Below, in pieces: positions 26,281 to 38,900 of a DNA stretch of 64,000 nt. Under the pieces are notes generated by a model. That model was not told the DNA's origin and ran no database searches. It saw only the letters and a program-made list of their open reading frames with translations. Position 1 is the first letter of the stretch, and the number at the start of each line of letters is the position of its first letter. Origin of the DNA: Pristiophorus japonicus (taxonomy: Eukaryota); assembly GCF_044704955.1 (NCBI RefSeq), contig NC_091995.1, forward strand, positions 40,238,001 to 40,302,000, given 5' to 3'. The position numbers and the translations under genes are program-made.

Positions 26281-26845
26281 TGGGAGTGCGATATTATATC
26301 TATTACTGAGACATGGCTGAAAGAAGGGCAAGTAGAGCAGCTCAACATTCCTGGTTACAGGATTTTCAGATGGGGATAGAAAGGAGATAAAAATTGAGGG
26401 GATTTTGCAGTATTGATTAAAGAATCAATTACAGCTGTGAGGAGGGATATTATGTTAGAAGAATCATTAATTGAGGGTATATGGTATGAATTAAAGAACA
26501 AAAAAGTGGTGATCACACTTCTGGGAGTGTATTATAAACCCCCAAGCAGTCAGAGGGAGATAGAAGAGCAAATATGTAGACACATTTCTGAGAAGTGCAA
26601 AAACTATGAAATGTTAATTGTAGCAAATTTCAACTACCCTAATAATAACTGGGATAGAATTCGTGTGAAAAGTATAGATGGTACAGGATTCCTAAAAGGG
26701 GTAACAATGGGAAAGCATTTTGGTGCTACTGATCATAATTCATTTAGATTTAGGGTAGTTACAGAAAAAGACAAAGATAGACCAGGAGTAAACATTCTCA
26801 ATTGGCGGAAAGACAATTTTACTAAGCTGAGATGTAATTTAGCCA
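26281..26845 (+). mobile_element. CR1 endonuclease fragment inserted into a short degenerate tandem repeat (tttactgagtcctgtaactgttaca)
   Basis: DIISITETW, LGVYYKPP, ANFNYP, TDHN motifs; repeat units at ~26200-26280 and ~26855-26950. Confidence 0.8.
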
Positions 26846-27021
26846 ATGGGCTGCGTTTAGTGAGTCCTGTAACTGTTACAGACTCCCTCAGTCTCGGGTC
26901 TGGAACTTAATCCTGTTTTACTGAGTGCAGCGTCTATAACTGTTACAGGGAGTCATTCTCAACTCTCTCTTTCTCTCTTTCTCTCTGTTCCTTCATCTTG
27001 CTGTCTTTCATCCGTATTTCA

Positions 27022-27330
27022 GTTGAGACATTCAACCGAGGCTCCATCTGCCCTCTCAGATGGACGGAAATGATCCTATGGCACTATTTCGAAGACGAAC
27101 AGGAGAGTTACCCCCAGTGTTCTGGCCAATAGTGATACCTCAATCAACATAACAAAAACAGATTATCTGGTCATTATCACACTGCTGTTTGTGGGAGTTT
27201 GCTGTGCGCAAGTTGGCTGCCCCGTTTCCCACATTACAACAGTGACAACACTCCAAAAATAGTCGATTGGCTATAAAGCGCTTTGAGACGTGTGGTGTTC
27301 GTGAAAGGCGCTATATAAATGCTAATCTTT
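27022..27330 (+). mobile_element. Deu-domain SINE (SacSINE1/AmnSINE1-like), 5'-truncated
   Basis: ctgccctctcagatggacg...cagattatctggtcattatcacactgctgtttgtgggag...gtgaaaggcgctatataaatgc resembles the DeuSINE central domain and tail as I recall it. Confidence 0.75.
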
Positions 27331-27483
27331 CATTCATTTTGTCTTTCTCATTCTCCTTGTCTCTCTGGATCTCTGTCCTACGTTTTGTCTGTCTCTCTTT
27401 CCCCCTCTTTCTCTGTCTCTCTTTCCCTCTCTCTCTACCTCGTTTCTGTGTACTTGTATCTCTTTATCCCTATCTCTCGCATG

Positions 27484-27518
<35 letters not shown>

Positions 27519-27925
27519 TCATCTGTCTCTCTTTCCATCTCTCTCTATCTTTCTCTATCTCTTTCTATTTCTCTCTCACTCTTTCCAGCTCTATTTCATT
27601 TTCCCCCTCTGTCCCTGTCTTTATCTATGTCCCTGTTTCACTTTCTCTTACTCTCACTTTCCCTCGCCCTCTCTCTCGTTGCCCTCTCTCACACATTACT
27701 ACCCCTGTCTCTTTCTCTCTCTCCGTCCATGTCTCTCTTTTTTCTGTGACACGCTATCATTTTCTCTTTCCTTGTCTCTGTCCCTTGGACTTTCATTGTG
27801 TCTCTCTCTGTCTCTGTCTATTTATTTCCCTCTCTGAGTTGCTCCTTTTTATCTCTTTCTTTGTCTGTATCTATGTGTCTCTCCCTCTTTCTCATGCTCT
27901 CTCTCTCTCTTCCTCTGTGCTTCTC
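27330..27925. repeat. (CT)n-rich low-complexity tract
   Basis: Direct reading. Confidence 0.9.
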
Positions 27926-29578
27926 CCGGATTTATTTTTGAATGAAAAGTACTCTGAAGTGTTTTGAAAATTACAAATATTAAACCATAATTTCCGTAGC
28001 ATTGTTACATGTTAACATAGAAACATAGAAATTTACAGCACAGAAGGAGGCTATTACGGCCCATCGTGTCCGCACCAGCCAAAAAAGAGCCACACGGTCC
28101 TTGGTCAGCAGCCCTAAAGATTACATATAAACCTATGAACAATTACGGAAAGGCAAAGAGCACCCAACCCAACCAAGCTGCCTCACCACAACTGCGACAC
28201 CCCTTATACTAAAACATTCTACACTCCATCCCAAACGGAGCGATGTGATCTCCTGGGAGAGGCAAAAACCAGATAAAAACCCATGCCAATTTAGGGAGTA
28301 AAAAATCTGGGAAAATTCCTTTCCGACCCATCCAGGCGATCAAAACTAGTCCAGGAGATCACCCTGGCTGTATTCTATTCCCTGCCGTACTTACCATTCT
28401 ATCTGCTCCATCCAACCAAAGGTCATCCAGTCTAATCCCAATTACCAGCTCTAGGTCCGTAACCCTGCAGGTTACTGCACTTTAAGTGCCCATCCAACCC
28501 TCTCTTAAAAATGGTGACGGTTTCTGCATCCACCACTATTCCAGGCAGCGAGTTCCAGATCCCCACAACCCTCTGCATAAAGAAGCCCCCCCCACCTCAA
28601 ATTCCCTCTAAACCTTCCACCAACCACTTTAAAACTATGTCCCTCATAATAGACTCCTCCACCAATGGAAATAGACCCTTACTATCCACCATGTCCAGGC
28701 CACTCAATATTTTATACACCTCAATGAGGCCTTCTCTTAACCTCCTCTGTTCCAATGAGAACAAACCTAGCCTATCCAATCTGTCCTCATAACTAAGATT
28801 CTCCATTCCAGGCAGCATCCTAGTAAATTTCCTCTGCACCCTCTCTAGTGCAATCCCGCCCTTCCTATAATACGGCGACCAGAACTGCACGCAATACTCC
28901 AGCTGTAGGCAACCCAAGTATTATACAATTTAAGCATAACCTCCCTGTCTTAGATTCTATGCCTTGGCCAATAAAGGCAATCATTCCGTATGCCTTCTTA
29001 ACCATCTTATCCACCTGGCCTGCTACTTTCAGGGATCTGTGGACAAGCACTCCAAGGTCCCTTTGTTCATCTACACTATTAAATGGCCTACCGCTTAATG
29101 TCTATACCCTTTCCTTATTAGCCCTCCCAAAGTACATCACCTCACACTTCTCTGAATTAAATTCCACGTGTAACTGCTCTGTCCACCTGACCAGTAGATT
29201 GATAGCCTCCTGCAGCCCATGACTTTCCTCTTCATTATCAACCACACAGCCAATTTTAGTGTCATCTGCAAACTTCTTAATCATACTCCCTATATTCAAA
29301 TCTAAATCGTTGATATATACCACAAAAAGCAAGGGTCTCAGTACTGAGCCCTGCAGAATCCAACTGGAAGCATCCTTCCAGTCACAAAAACATCCATCAA
29401 TCATTACCCTTTGCTTCCTACCTCCAAGCCAATTTTGGATCCAACATGACACTTTGCCCTGTATCCTATGGGCTTTAACCTTCATGACCAGTCTATCATG
29501 TGGGACCTTATCAAAAGGTTTGCTAAAGTCCATATATACTACATCGTACACACTACCCTAATTAAACCTCTTAGTTAC

Positions 29579-29791
29579 TGTTATGTCTTAAATAAAGCAA
29601 TGTGACTGAGTACTGTAGACGTGAGTAAGTGTGACCTTAGTCTCTTTATTCTGACTCCAGAGTGCTGGCACAGCATGGGAGGCCTGCTTATATGCAGCGC
29701 CCCCAAGAGATATTGGGATCCTTTGGGACTCCAACAGATGCGCCCTCTGGTGGCGGTAGAATTCTGGTTACGAGGTATTGCATACATAACA
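29579..29791. mobile_element. Solo LTR (213 bp), Gypsy-type
   Basis: TGTTATGT...ACATAACA inverted termini and 5-bp TSD GTTAC (29574-29578, 29792-29796); interrupts LINE RT sequence. Confidence 0.88.
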
Positions 29792-31423
29792 GTTACCTCC
29801 TCAAAAAATTCAAACAGTTTAGTCAGACACGATCTTCCCTTAACAAATCCGTGCTGACTGTCCCTAATTAATCCTTACCTTTCCAAATGCAGATTTATCC
29901 TGTCTTTTCCAATAATTTTCCCGCCATTGGGGTTAGACTGACAGGACTGTAATTACTTGGCCTATCCCTTTCTCCCTTCTTAAACAAGGGTACTACATTA
30001 GTAGTCCTCCAATCCTCCGGCATCATGCCCAGATCCAAAGAGGACTGGAAAATGATGGTCAAGGCCTCTGCTATTTCCTCTTTTACTTCGCTCAACAGCC
30101 TGCGATGCATTTCATCCGGGCCTGGGGACTTATCTACTTTCAAAGCTGCTAAACCCCTTCCTCTCTCGCTATATTTATTTCATCCAGAATATCACGCTCC
30201 TCCTCGACAGCAGTATCTGCATTGCCCCTTTCCTTTGTGTAAAGAGTTGCAAAGTATTTGTTAAGAACCCTCCCAACATCTTCTGCCTCTGCACAAAGAT
30301 TACCCTCATAGTCTCTAATAAGCCCTACCCTTTCTTTAGTTACCCGCTTACTCTTAATATATTTAGAGAACATTTTAGGGTTTTCCTTAATTTTACTGGC
30401 CAAGAATTTCTCATGCTCTTTCTTAGCATTCCTAATATCCTTTTTAATTTTGCCTCTTAACTTTCTATATTCCTCTAAAGATTCTATAGTATTTAGCCGT
30501 TGATATATGATATAAGCATCCCTTTTTTTCTTAATCCTCCACTGTAAGTCTTGAGACATCTAGGGGGCTCTAGAATTATTTTTCCCAGTCTTTTTCTTTA
30601 CGGGCACATGTTTGGCCTGAGCCTTCCGGATCTCCTCCTTAAATGCCTCCCACTTTTCCAACACTGATTTACCCACAAGTAGCTGTATCCAGTCCAAATC
30701 ACTCCTTAACTTAGCAAAATTAGCTTTTCCCCAATTCTGAACTTTTATTCCAGGTCTATTCTTGTCCTTATCCATAACCAACTTGAATCTAACTGAATTA
30801 CGGTCACTGGCACCCATGTGCTCGCCCACTAATACCCCTTCAACTTGCCCAGCTTCATTCCCCAAAACTAAATCCAAAACTGCCCCCTTTCATGTTGGGC
30901 TTGCTACATACTGACTAAAAAAGTTCTTTTGAATGCATTTCAAGAATTCCGCACCCTCTATACCCTTCACACTAAATTTCTCCCAATCAATGTTAGGACA
31001 GTTAAAATCCCCGACTATTATGACCCTGTGGTTTTTGGATTTCACAGCAATTTGCCTTCATATTTGCGCCTCTATCTCCCTCCCACTGTTTGGGGGTCGA
31101 CATTACACGGCCAGCAATTTGATCGCCTTTTTTTTGTTTTTCAATTCGACCCATATTGCCTCATTTGATGATCCCTCTAACATATCATCCCTCCTCACCG
31201 CTGTAATATTTTCTTTAATCAGTACCGCAACCACACCCACCCCCCCCTCCCCCCGCCTTTTTACCCCCCTCTCTATCTTGTGTAAAAATCCTGTAGCCAG
31301 GAATATTGATCTGCCAAACCTGCCCCTCTTTCAGCCATGTTTCTGTAATGGCTATAATCTCATACTCCCAAGTGTCTACTTGTGCTCTTAGCTCCTCCGC
31401 CTTATTCGCTATACTCCTTGCAT

Positions 31424-33600
31424 TAGAAACTTAGAAACATAGAAAATAGGTGCAGGAGTAGGCCATTCCACAGGTTCACCACTCTCTGGGTGAAGAAGTT
31501 TCTCTTCATCTCGGTCCTAAATGGCTTACCCCTTATCCTTGGACTGTGACCCCTGGTTCTGGACTTCCTCAACATTGGGAACATTCTTCCTGCATCTAAC
31601 CTGTCTAAGTCCATCAGAATTTTAAACATTTCTATGAGATCCCCTCTCACTCTTCTGAATTCCAGTGAATACAAGCCCAGTTGATCCAGGCTTTCTTGAT
31701 AGGTCAGTCCCGCCATCCCGGGAATCAGTCTGGTGAACCTTTGCTGCACTCCCTCAATCGCAAGAATGTCCTTCAAGTTAGGAGACCAAAACTGTACACA
31801 ATACTCCAGGTGTGGCCTCACCATGGCCCTGTACAACTGTAGTAACACCTCCCTGCCCCTGTACTCAAATCCCCTTGCTATGAAGGCCAACATGCCATTT
31901 ACTTTCTTCACCGCCTGCTGTACCTGCATGCCAACCTTCAATGACTGATGTACCATGACACCCAGGTCTCGTTGCACCTCCCCTTTTCCTAATCTGTCAC
32001 CATTCAGATAATAGTCTGTCTCTCTGTTTTTACCACCAAAGTGGATAACCTCACATTTATCCACATTATACTTCATCTGCCATGCATTTGCCCACTCACC
32101 TAACCTATCCAAGTCACTCTGTAGTCTCATAGCATCCTCCTCGCAGCTCACACTGCCACCTAACTTAGTGTCATCCGCAAATTTGGAGATACTATATTTA
32201 ATCCCCTCGTCTAAATCATTAATGTACAATGTAAACAGCCGGGGCCCCAGCACAGAACCTTGTGGTACCCCACTAGTCACTGCCTGCCATTCTGAAAAGT
32301 ATCCATTTACTCCTACTCTTTGCTTCCTGTCTGCCAACCAGTTCTCAATCCACGTCAGCACACTACCCCCAATCCCATGTGCTTTAACTTTGCACATTAA
32401 TCTCTTGTGTGGGACCTTGTCGAAAGCCTTCTGAAAGTCCAAATACACCACATCAACTGGTTCTCCCTTGTCCACTCTACTGGAAATATCCTCAAAAAAT
32501 TCCAGAAGATTTGTCAAGCATGATTTTCCTTTCACAAATCCATGCTGACTTGGACCTATCATGTCACCATTTTCCAAATGCACTGCTATGACATCCTTAA
32601 TAATTGATTCCATCATTTTACCCACTACCGATGTCAGGCTGACCGGTCTATAATTCCCTGTTTTCTCTCTCCCTCCTTTTTTAAAAAGTGGGGTTACATT
32701 GGCTACCCTCCACTCCATAGGAACTGATCCAGAGTCTATGGAATGTTGGAAAATGACTGTCAATGCATCCGCTATTTCCAAGGCCACCTCCTTAAGTACT
32801 CTGGGATACAGTCCATCAGGCCCTGGGGATTTATTGGCCTTCAATCCCATCAATTTCCCCAACACAATTTCCCGACTAATAAGGATTTCCCTCAGTTCCT
32901 CCTTCTTACTAGACCCTCTGACCCCTTTTATATCCGGAAGGTTGTTTGTGTCCTCCTTAGTGAATACCGAACCAAAGTACTTGTTCAATTGGTCTGCCAT
33001 TTCTTTGTTTCCCATTATGACTTCCCCTGATTCTGAGTGCAGAAGACCTACGTTTGTTTTTACTAACCTTTTTCTCTTTACATATCTATAGAAACTTTTG
33101 CAGTCCGTCTTAATGTTCCCTGCAAGCTTCCTATTTTCCCTGCCCTAATCAAACCCTTTGTCCTCCTCTGCTGAGTTTTAAATTTCTCCCAGTCTCCGGG
33201 TTCGCTGCTATTTCTGGCCAATTTGTATGCCGCTTCCTTGGCTTTAATACTATCCCTGATTTCCCTTGATAGCCACGGTTGAGTCACCTTCCCTTTTTTA
33301 TTTTTATGCCAGACATGGATGTACAATTGTTGTAGTTCATCCATGCAGTCTCTAAATGTCTGCCATTGCCCATCCACAGTCAACCCCTTAAGTATTATTT
33401 GCCAATCTATCCTAGCCAATTCACACCTCATATCTTCAAAGTTACCCTTCTTTAAGTTCTGGACCATGGTCTCTGAATTAACTGTTTCATTCTCCATCCT
33501 AATGTAGAATTCCACCATATTATGGTCACTCTTTCCCAAGGGGCCTCACACAACGAGATTGCTAATTAATCCTCTCTCATTACGCAACACCCAGTCTAAG
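31424..33600 (-). mobile_element. Young 5'-truncated CR1 LINE with an uninterrupted 530-aa RT ORF
   Basis: ORF 31423-33015 with [33 protein letters not shown]; internal deletion joins the ORF to the tail. Confidence 0.95.
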
Positions 33601-34344
33601 ATTAAAGTATGTACCATTCAGCACAGGAAGACCTCCTTGCTTACTACATACTAAACCCTGTTTCCTCTGTCTTACAGATTCACTTTCTAGATTCTTGCTA
33701 TCCAATTTCAGCTTTACTTCCTTCCCTTTTGAATTCATTCTCAGATTCCCATCCCCCTGCCAAGCTAGTTTAAACTCTCCCCAACAGCATAGCAAAACAT
33801 TAAATTAGAGGCTGGAAATCTGTCAGGTAAATCTAGTTTCTCAACCTGAAAGACTTTCACTTTTAAAGTTGTGCTGGGACCTGAGATCAAATGTTGTATC
33901 CATTCAGACAATGCTGCATTTTGCAACTCGCTGTTAACTGTGCAGACACAGGAGATGGGATTGTTCATTGTAGCCTCTGGCCTCACCATTCAGGCATGGG
34001 TCGTGGCAGCTACACCACTTCACCCTGCCGCCTCCCCCATCACCCCCACAGGCCTAAAAGTGACCATGTCCCGATTTCCAGGCGTTTTAGACCAAACGGC
34101 TAAGATGAGGACCACTGCTGACTTCAGCGCCCCTGGTGCAGACCTGCAGGTCGCATCATGAAGTTCTACAACATCAGCCCATGATTCTTTGATCATGTAT
34201 TTCAATGGTGGAAAATTCCTCCAGACTGAGGGTGCAGAATTTCCTAATCTGCAGATTGGGCATGATTCAGCAGTGGGAAATTCCTGTCATATTTGACTGA
34301 GGTAGTGAGCAATAGGGCTGAGGAAAGCAAATAAACCCAGCTTT

Positions 34345-34880
34345 CAACTCACTCCTGGCCGGCCTTCCACATTCCTCACTACGTAAACTTGAAGTCATGC
34401 AAAACTCAGCAGCCCATGTACTAACCCGCACCGTCAAGATCACACCCCTGTGCTTTCTGACCTACATTGGCTCCCAGTTAAACAATGCCTCGATTTCAAA
34501 ATTCTCATCCTTGTTTACAAATCACTCCATGGACTTGCCCCTCCCTATCTCTGTAATCTTTTTCAGCCTCACAATCCCACAAGATGTCTGCGCTCCTCAT
34601 ATTCTGACCTCTTGAACATCCCTCATACTGCTCAACCATCGGCGGACATGCCTTCAGCTGCCTGGGCCCTAAGCTCTGGAACCCCTTCCCTAAAACTCTC
34701 TGCCTCTCTACCTCTCTCTCCTCCTGAAGACTCTCGTTAAAACTTACCACTTTAAACAAGCTTTTGAACTTCTGCCTTAATTTATTCTGTAGCTCGGTGT
34801 CAAATGTATCTGTTTGTCTGTAGCACTGTTGTGAAGTGCCTTGGGACGTTTTACTATGTTAAAGGTGCTATGTAAATAAA
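34345..34880 (+). mobile_element. L2-clade LINE 3' fragment
   Basis: QNSAAHVLT and LSDLHWLPVKQCLDFKILILVYKSLHGLAPPYL. Confidence 0.85.
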
Positions 34881-35274
34881 AGTTAATATTATTATTAATA
34901 ATCACCAGCCCATGATTCAGAGGGTGGCAGTGTGAGTATCGGCTGAGTATAGCATCAGTCTGTCCTGTGGTGGCCCCAGGGTTGATTTGCCCAATGGATA
35001 CAGTGCTGGATAGTTGACCAGAGTAGCACAAGGGATTGTGAATAATTTGATATTGTCTGTAATTCGAATCCAATTGTTGAAAAGGAGAAGGAAAGGGTGA
35101 AACGTTGTGGGAAGTGGAATTTAATCCATCATCATCACAGGATGTGCCTTTGGTGATAACAGAGCCATTGGACTCCCCCCAAAGTGTGGGGGAAATTACC
35201 GGTTTTCTCCTGGACTTTCTGCAGAAACGGTCGCCTTTTTAGTCACTGAAGGGATTGAGTGTTGAGGAAATGTC

Positions 35275-35650
35275 ATAAGAACATAAGAAATAGGAGCAGG
35301 AGTAGGCCATTTGGCCCCTTGAGCCTGCTTCGCCATTTAATAAGATCATGGCTGATCCAAACATGGACTCAGCTCCATTACCCCACCCACTCACCATAAC
35401 TCTTTATTCCCTTATCGCTCAAAAATCTGTCTATCTCCGCCTTAAATATATTCAATGACCCAGCCTCCACAGCTCTCTGGGGCAGAGAATTCAACAGATT
35501 TACAACTCTCAGAGAAGAAATTCCTCCTCATCTCAGTTTTAAATGGGCCGCCCCTTATTCTAAGACTATGTCCCCGAGTTTCAGTTTCCCCTATGAATGG
35601 AAATATCCTCTCTGCATCCACCTTGTTGAGCCCCCTCATTATCTTATAAT
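35275..35650 (-). mobile_element. CR1 LINE 3' end
   Basis: TRGHSLRIRGGPFKTEMRRNFF; cataagaa tail. Confidence 0.88.
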
Positions 35651-35950
35651 GTCCTGAAAGGAATTCCCCCTGTTGGTATAAACTCTTCAGCAACCACCCT
35701 GACCCTGTCCCAGGTTTCAAGGTAATGACACCGCGTGGCAGACTATTTCCTTCTGTGGGTGTCGCTAGGAAGGCTGGTAGTTATTGTCCAATAGCAGGGT
35801 GTTTGGACATCGCAGAGGGCAGCTAAGAGCCCTCAGGTCGGTGTGGGATTGTAGTCACATGTCAGCCAGACCCGACAGGGACAGGAGCTTTGAGAGGTCC
35901 TGAGGTGGTGAAGAGCACTGTAGAAATGCAAGTTTCTCTTTCTCTCTCAC

Positions 35951-38900
35951 TAATATGTATTTACTATACAGTATAAATGCACACGAGGCCCATACTTGAG
36001 CGAAGATCACTCTGTGACCAGTTACCTTTATTAACAAGACCTCAAGAGACAGACGGTGGGTGGAGCTTCCCCTTTTATACCTGAAAGTCCAGGTTAGGAG
36101 TGTCTCCCACAAGTTCGCCCCCTGTGGTCAGTGTTCTCAAGGTGTACAACTTAGGTCAGCTTATACATGGGTTACAATGACAGTTGAATACATGACATCA
36201 TCTCCCCCCCAAAGTCTTATTGGGATCACAGGTTAAGTCACCCTGGTGGTTTATGCTCCCTTATAGAGCGCCTGAGTTGGGGCTCCAGTTGTTGGGCGCT
36301 GGCCTGAGTGTCTTTTGTTTGCGGTGCCTCAGGCCTGTCCAGACTGCCTACAGTGACTGGGCTCTCCTCCACTTGGTTCCGGTGTTCGGTCACCTGTGGT
36401 GGAGTAAACTCTACGTCGTGTTCTTCCTCTGCTTCTTCTATGGGGTTGCTGAACCTCCTTTTAGTTTGATCCACGTGTTTGCGGCAGATTTGTCCATTTG
36501 TAAGTTTAACTACCAAAACCCTATTCCCCTGTTTGGCAATCACAGTGCCTGCAAGCCATTTGGGCCCTGCAGCGTAATTAAGGACAAGAACAGGGTCATT
36601 GACATCAATGCATCTTGCCCTCGCATTCCTGTCACGGTAGTCACATTGTGACTGACGCCTGCTCTCAACAATTTCTTTCATATTAGGGTGTATAAAGGAT
36701 AACCTGGTTTTGAGCGTCCTTTTCATTAGCAGCTAATCAGGTGAAACCCCTGTGAGTGAGTGTGGTCGGGATCTATTGGCCAACAGGAGGCGTGATAAGT
36801 AGCTTTGTAGGGAACCCCCTTGGTTTCTGAGCATCCCCTGTTTAATTATCTGCACTGCTCATTCCGCCTGGCCGTTTGAGGCCGGCTTGAATGGTGCCGT
36901 TCTGACATGGTTGATTCCATTGCCTGCCATGAAGTCCTAGAAGTCAGTGCTTGTGAAGCATGGGCCACTGTCGCTGACCAAGATGTCCAGTAGACCATAG
37001 GTGGCGAACATTGCCCGAAGACTTTCTACCGTGGCAGAGGATGTGCTTGAATTTAAAATGGCACATTCAATCCATTTGGAGTAGGCGTCTACTACAACAA
37101 AAAACATTTTTTCCATGAAAGGTCCTGCGTAGTCCACATGAATGCATGACCATTGCTTGGCGGGCCAGTACCAGAGGCTAAGGGGATCTTCCCTGGGTGC
37201 GTTGCCCAGCTGAGCACGCGTGTTGCACCTGTGAACACAAAGTTCCAGGTCTGCATCTATTCCTGGCCACCAAATGTGTGACCTGGCAATTGCCTTCATC
37301 ATGACAATGCCCGGGTGCTCATTGTGAAGTTCTCTGATAAACACCTCTCTGCCCATCTGGGGCATGACTACTCAGTTTCCCCACATTAGGCAATCGGCCT
37401 GAATCGAGAGTTCATCCTTGCGCCTATTAAACGGTTTAAACTCCTCAGGGCATGCCCCGTACGTGGCTGCCCAGTCCCCATTCAGGACACATTTCTTAAC
37501 TAAAGACAGTAGCGGGTCTTTATTTGTCCAGGCGTTAATCTAACGGCCTGTCACAGGTGAGCCTTCGCTTTTGAAAGCTTCAACCACCATGACCATCTCA
37601 GCATCATGCTCAGCTACCCCCTCAATGGTGGCTATTGGTAGCCTGCTGAGTGCATCGGCACAGTTTTCAGTGCCCGGTCTGTGTAGCAGCTCTAACAGCG
37701 TGCTCAATTTGGGAAGAAAGTTGCCAAAATAGTTCAGGAGCCCTAGGAACGAACGCAGCTCCGTCATGTTACGGGATCTGGGTGTTCTCTGGATCGCTTC
37801 AGTTTTGGATGCAGTAGGTCTGATGCCGTTTGCTGCTACCCTCCTCCCCAGGAATTCTACCTTTGGAGTTAAGAAGACGCACTTCACCTTTTTCAGTCGC
37901 AGCGCTACCCGGTCCAGTCTAGCACCTCCTCCAGGTTATGGAGGTGTTCTTCAGTATCGCGACCCGTGATGAGGATGTCGCCTTGAAAAACCACCATCCT
38001 TGGAATCGACTTGAGGAGGCTTTCCATATTTTGCTGAAAGATCGCGGCGGCCGAATGAATACCGAACAGACATCTGTTATACTCAAATAACTCCTTGTGT
38101 TTCATGATGGTGGTCAACTTCTTCGACTCACTCGCCAGCTCCTGGGTCATGTAAGCTGAGGTCAGGTCCAATTTTGAAAAAAGTTTGCCACCGGATAACG
38201 TCGCAAAGAGGTCCTCTGCTCTCAGTAGTGGGTACTGGTCTTGGAGTGACACCCGATTGATGGTGGCCTTGTAATCGCTACATATCCTGACCGACCCATC
38301 CGCCTTGAGCACCGGCATGATCAGGCTCGCCCAGTCACAGAATTCGACTGGCGAGATAATGCCTTCCCTCAGCAGGCGGTCCAATTCGCATTCTAACTTT
38401 TCCCGCATCACGTACGGCACCGCTCTGGCCTTGTGGTGTACAGGCCTGGCGTCCGGATTGATGTGAATCACTACCTTGGTCCCCATGAAAGTGCTGATGC
38501 CGGGTTGAAATAATGAGTCAAATTTGTCCAGGACCTGCGAGCATGATACTCGCTCCACAGAAGAAATTGCATTGACATCGCCCCATTTCCAGTTCATGAC
38601 AGCAAGCCAACTCCTTCCCAGTAGTGCGGGACCGTCCCACGGGACAATCCAGAGTGGCAACCTGTTCTCCGAATCTTTGTGGGTCATGACTACCATGGCG
38701 CTGCCTAGCACCGGAATGATCTCCTTTGTATATGTCCGTAGCAGTGCGTCAATCGGCAATAATTTTGGCCTCCTGGCCTTGGACACCCACAACGTTTCAA
38801 AATGTTTGATACTCATCAGGGACTGGCTGGCCCCCATTGTCCAGCTCCATTAATACTGGGATGCCATTGAGGAGCACTTTCCTCATTGTCGGTGGCGTCC

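Larger units (their letters stand above)
28015..33795 (-). mobile_element. Decayed long CR1 LINE hosting a solo LTR (29579-29791) and a younger CR1 (31424-33600)
   Basis: Collinear minus ORFs 30560-30877, 30149-30559, 29895-30143, 29102-29551, 28597-28917; sequence resumes after 33600. Confidence 0.85.
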
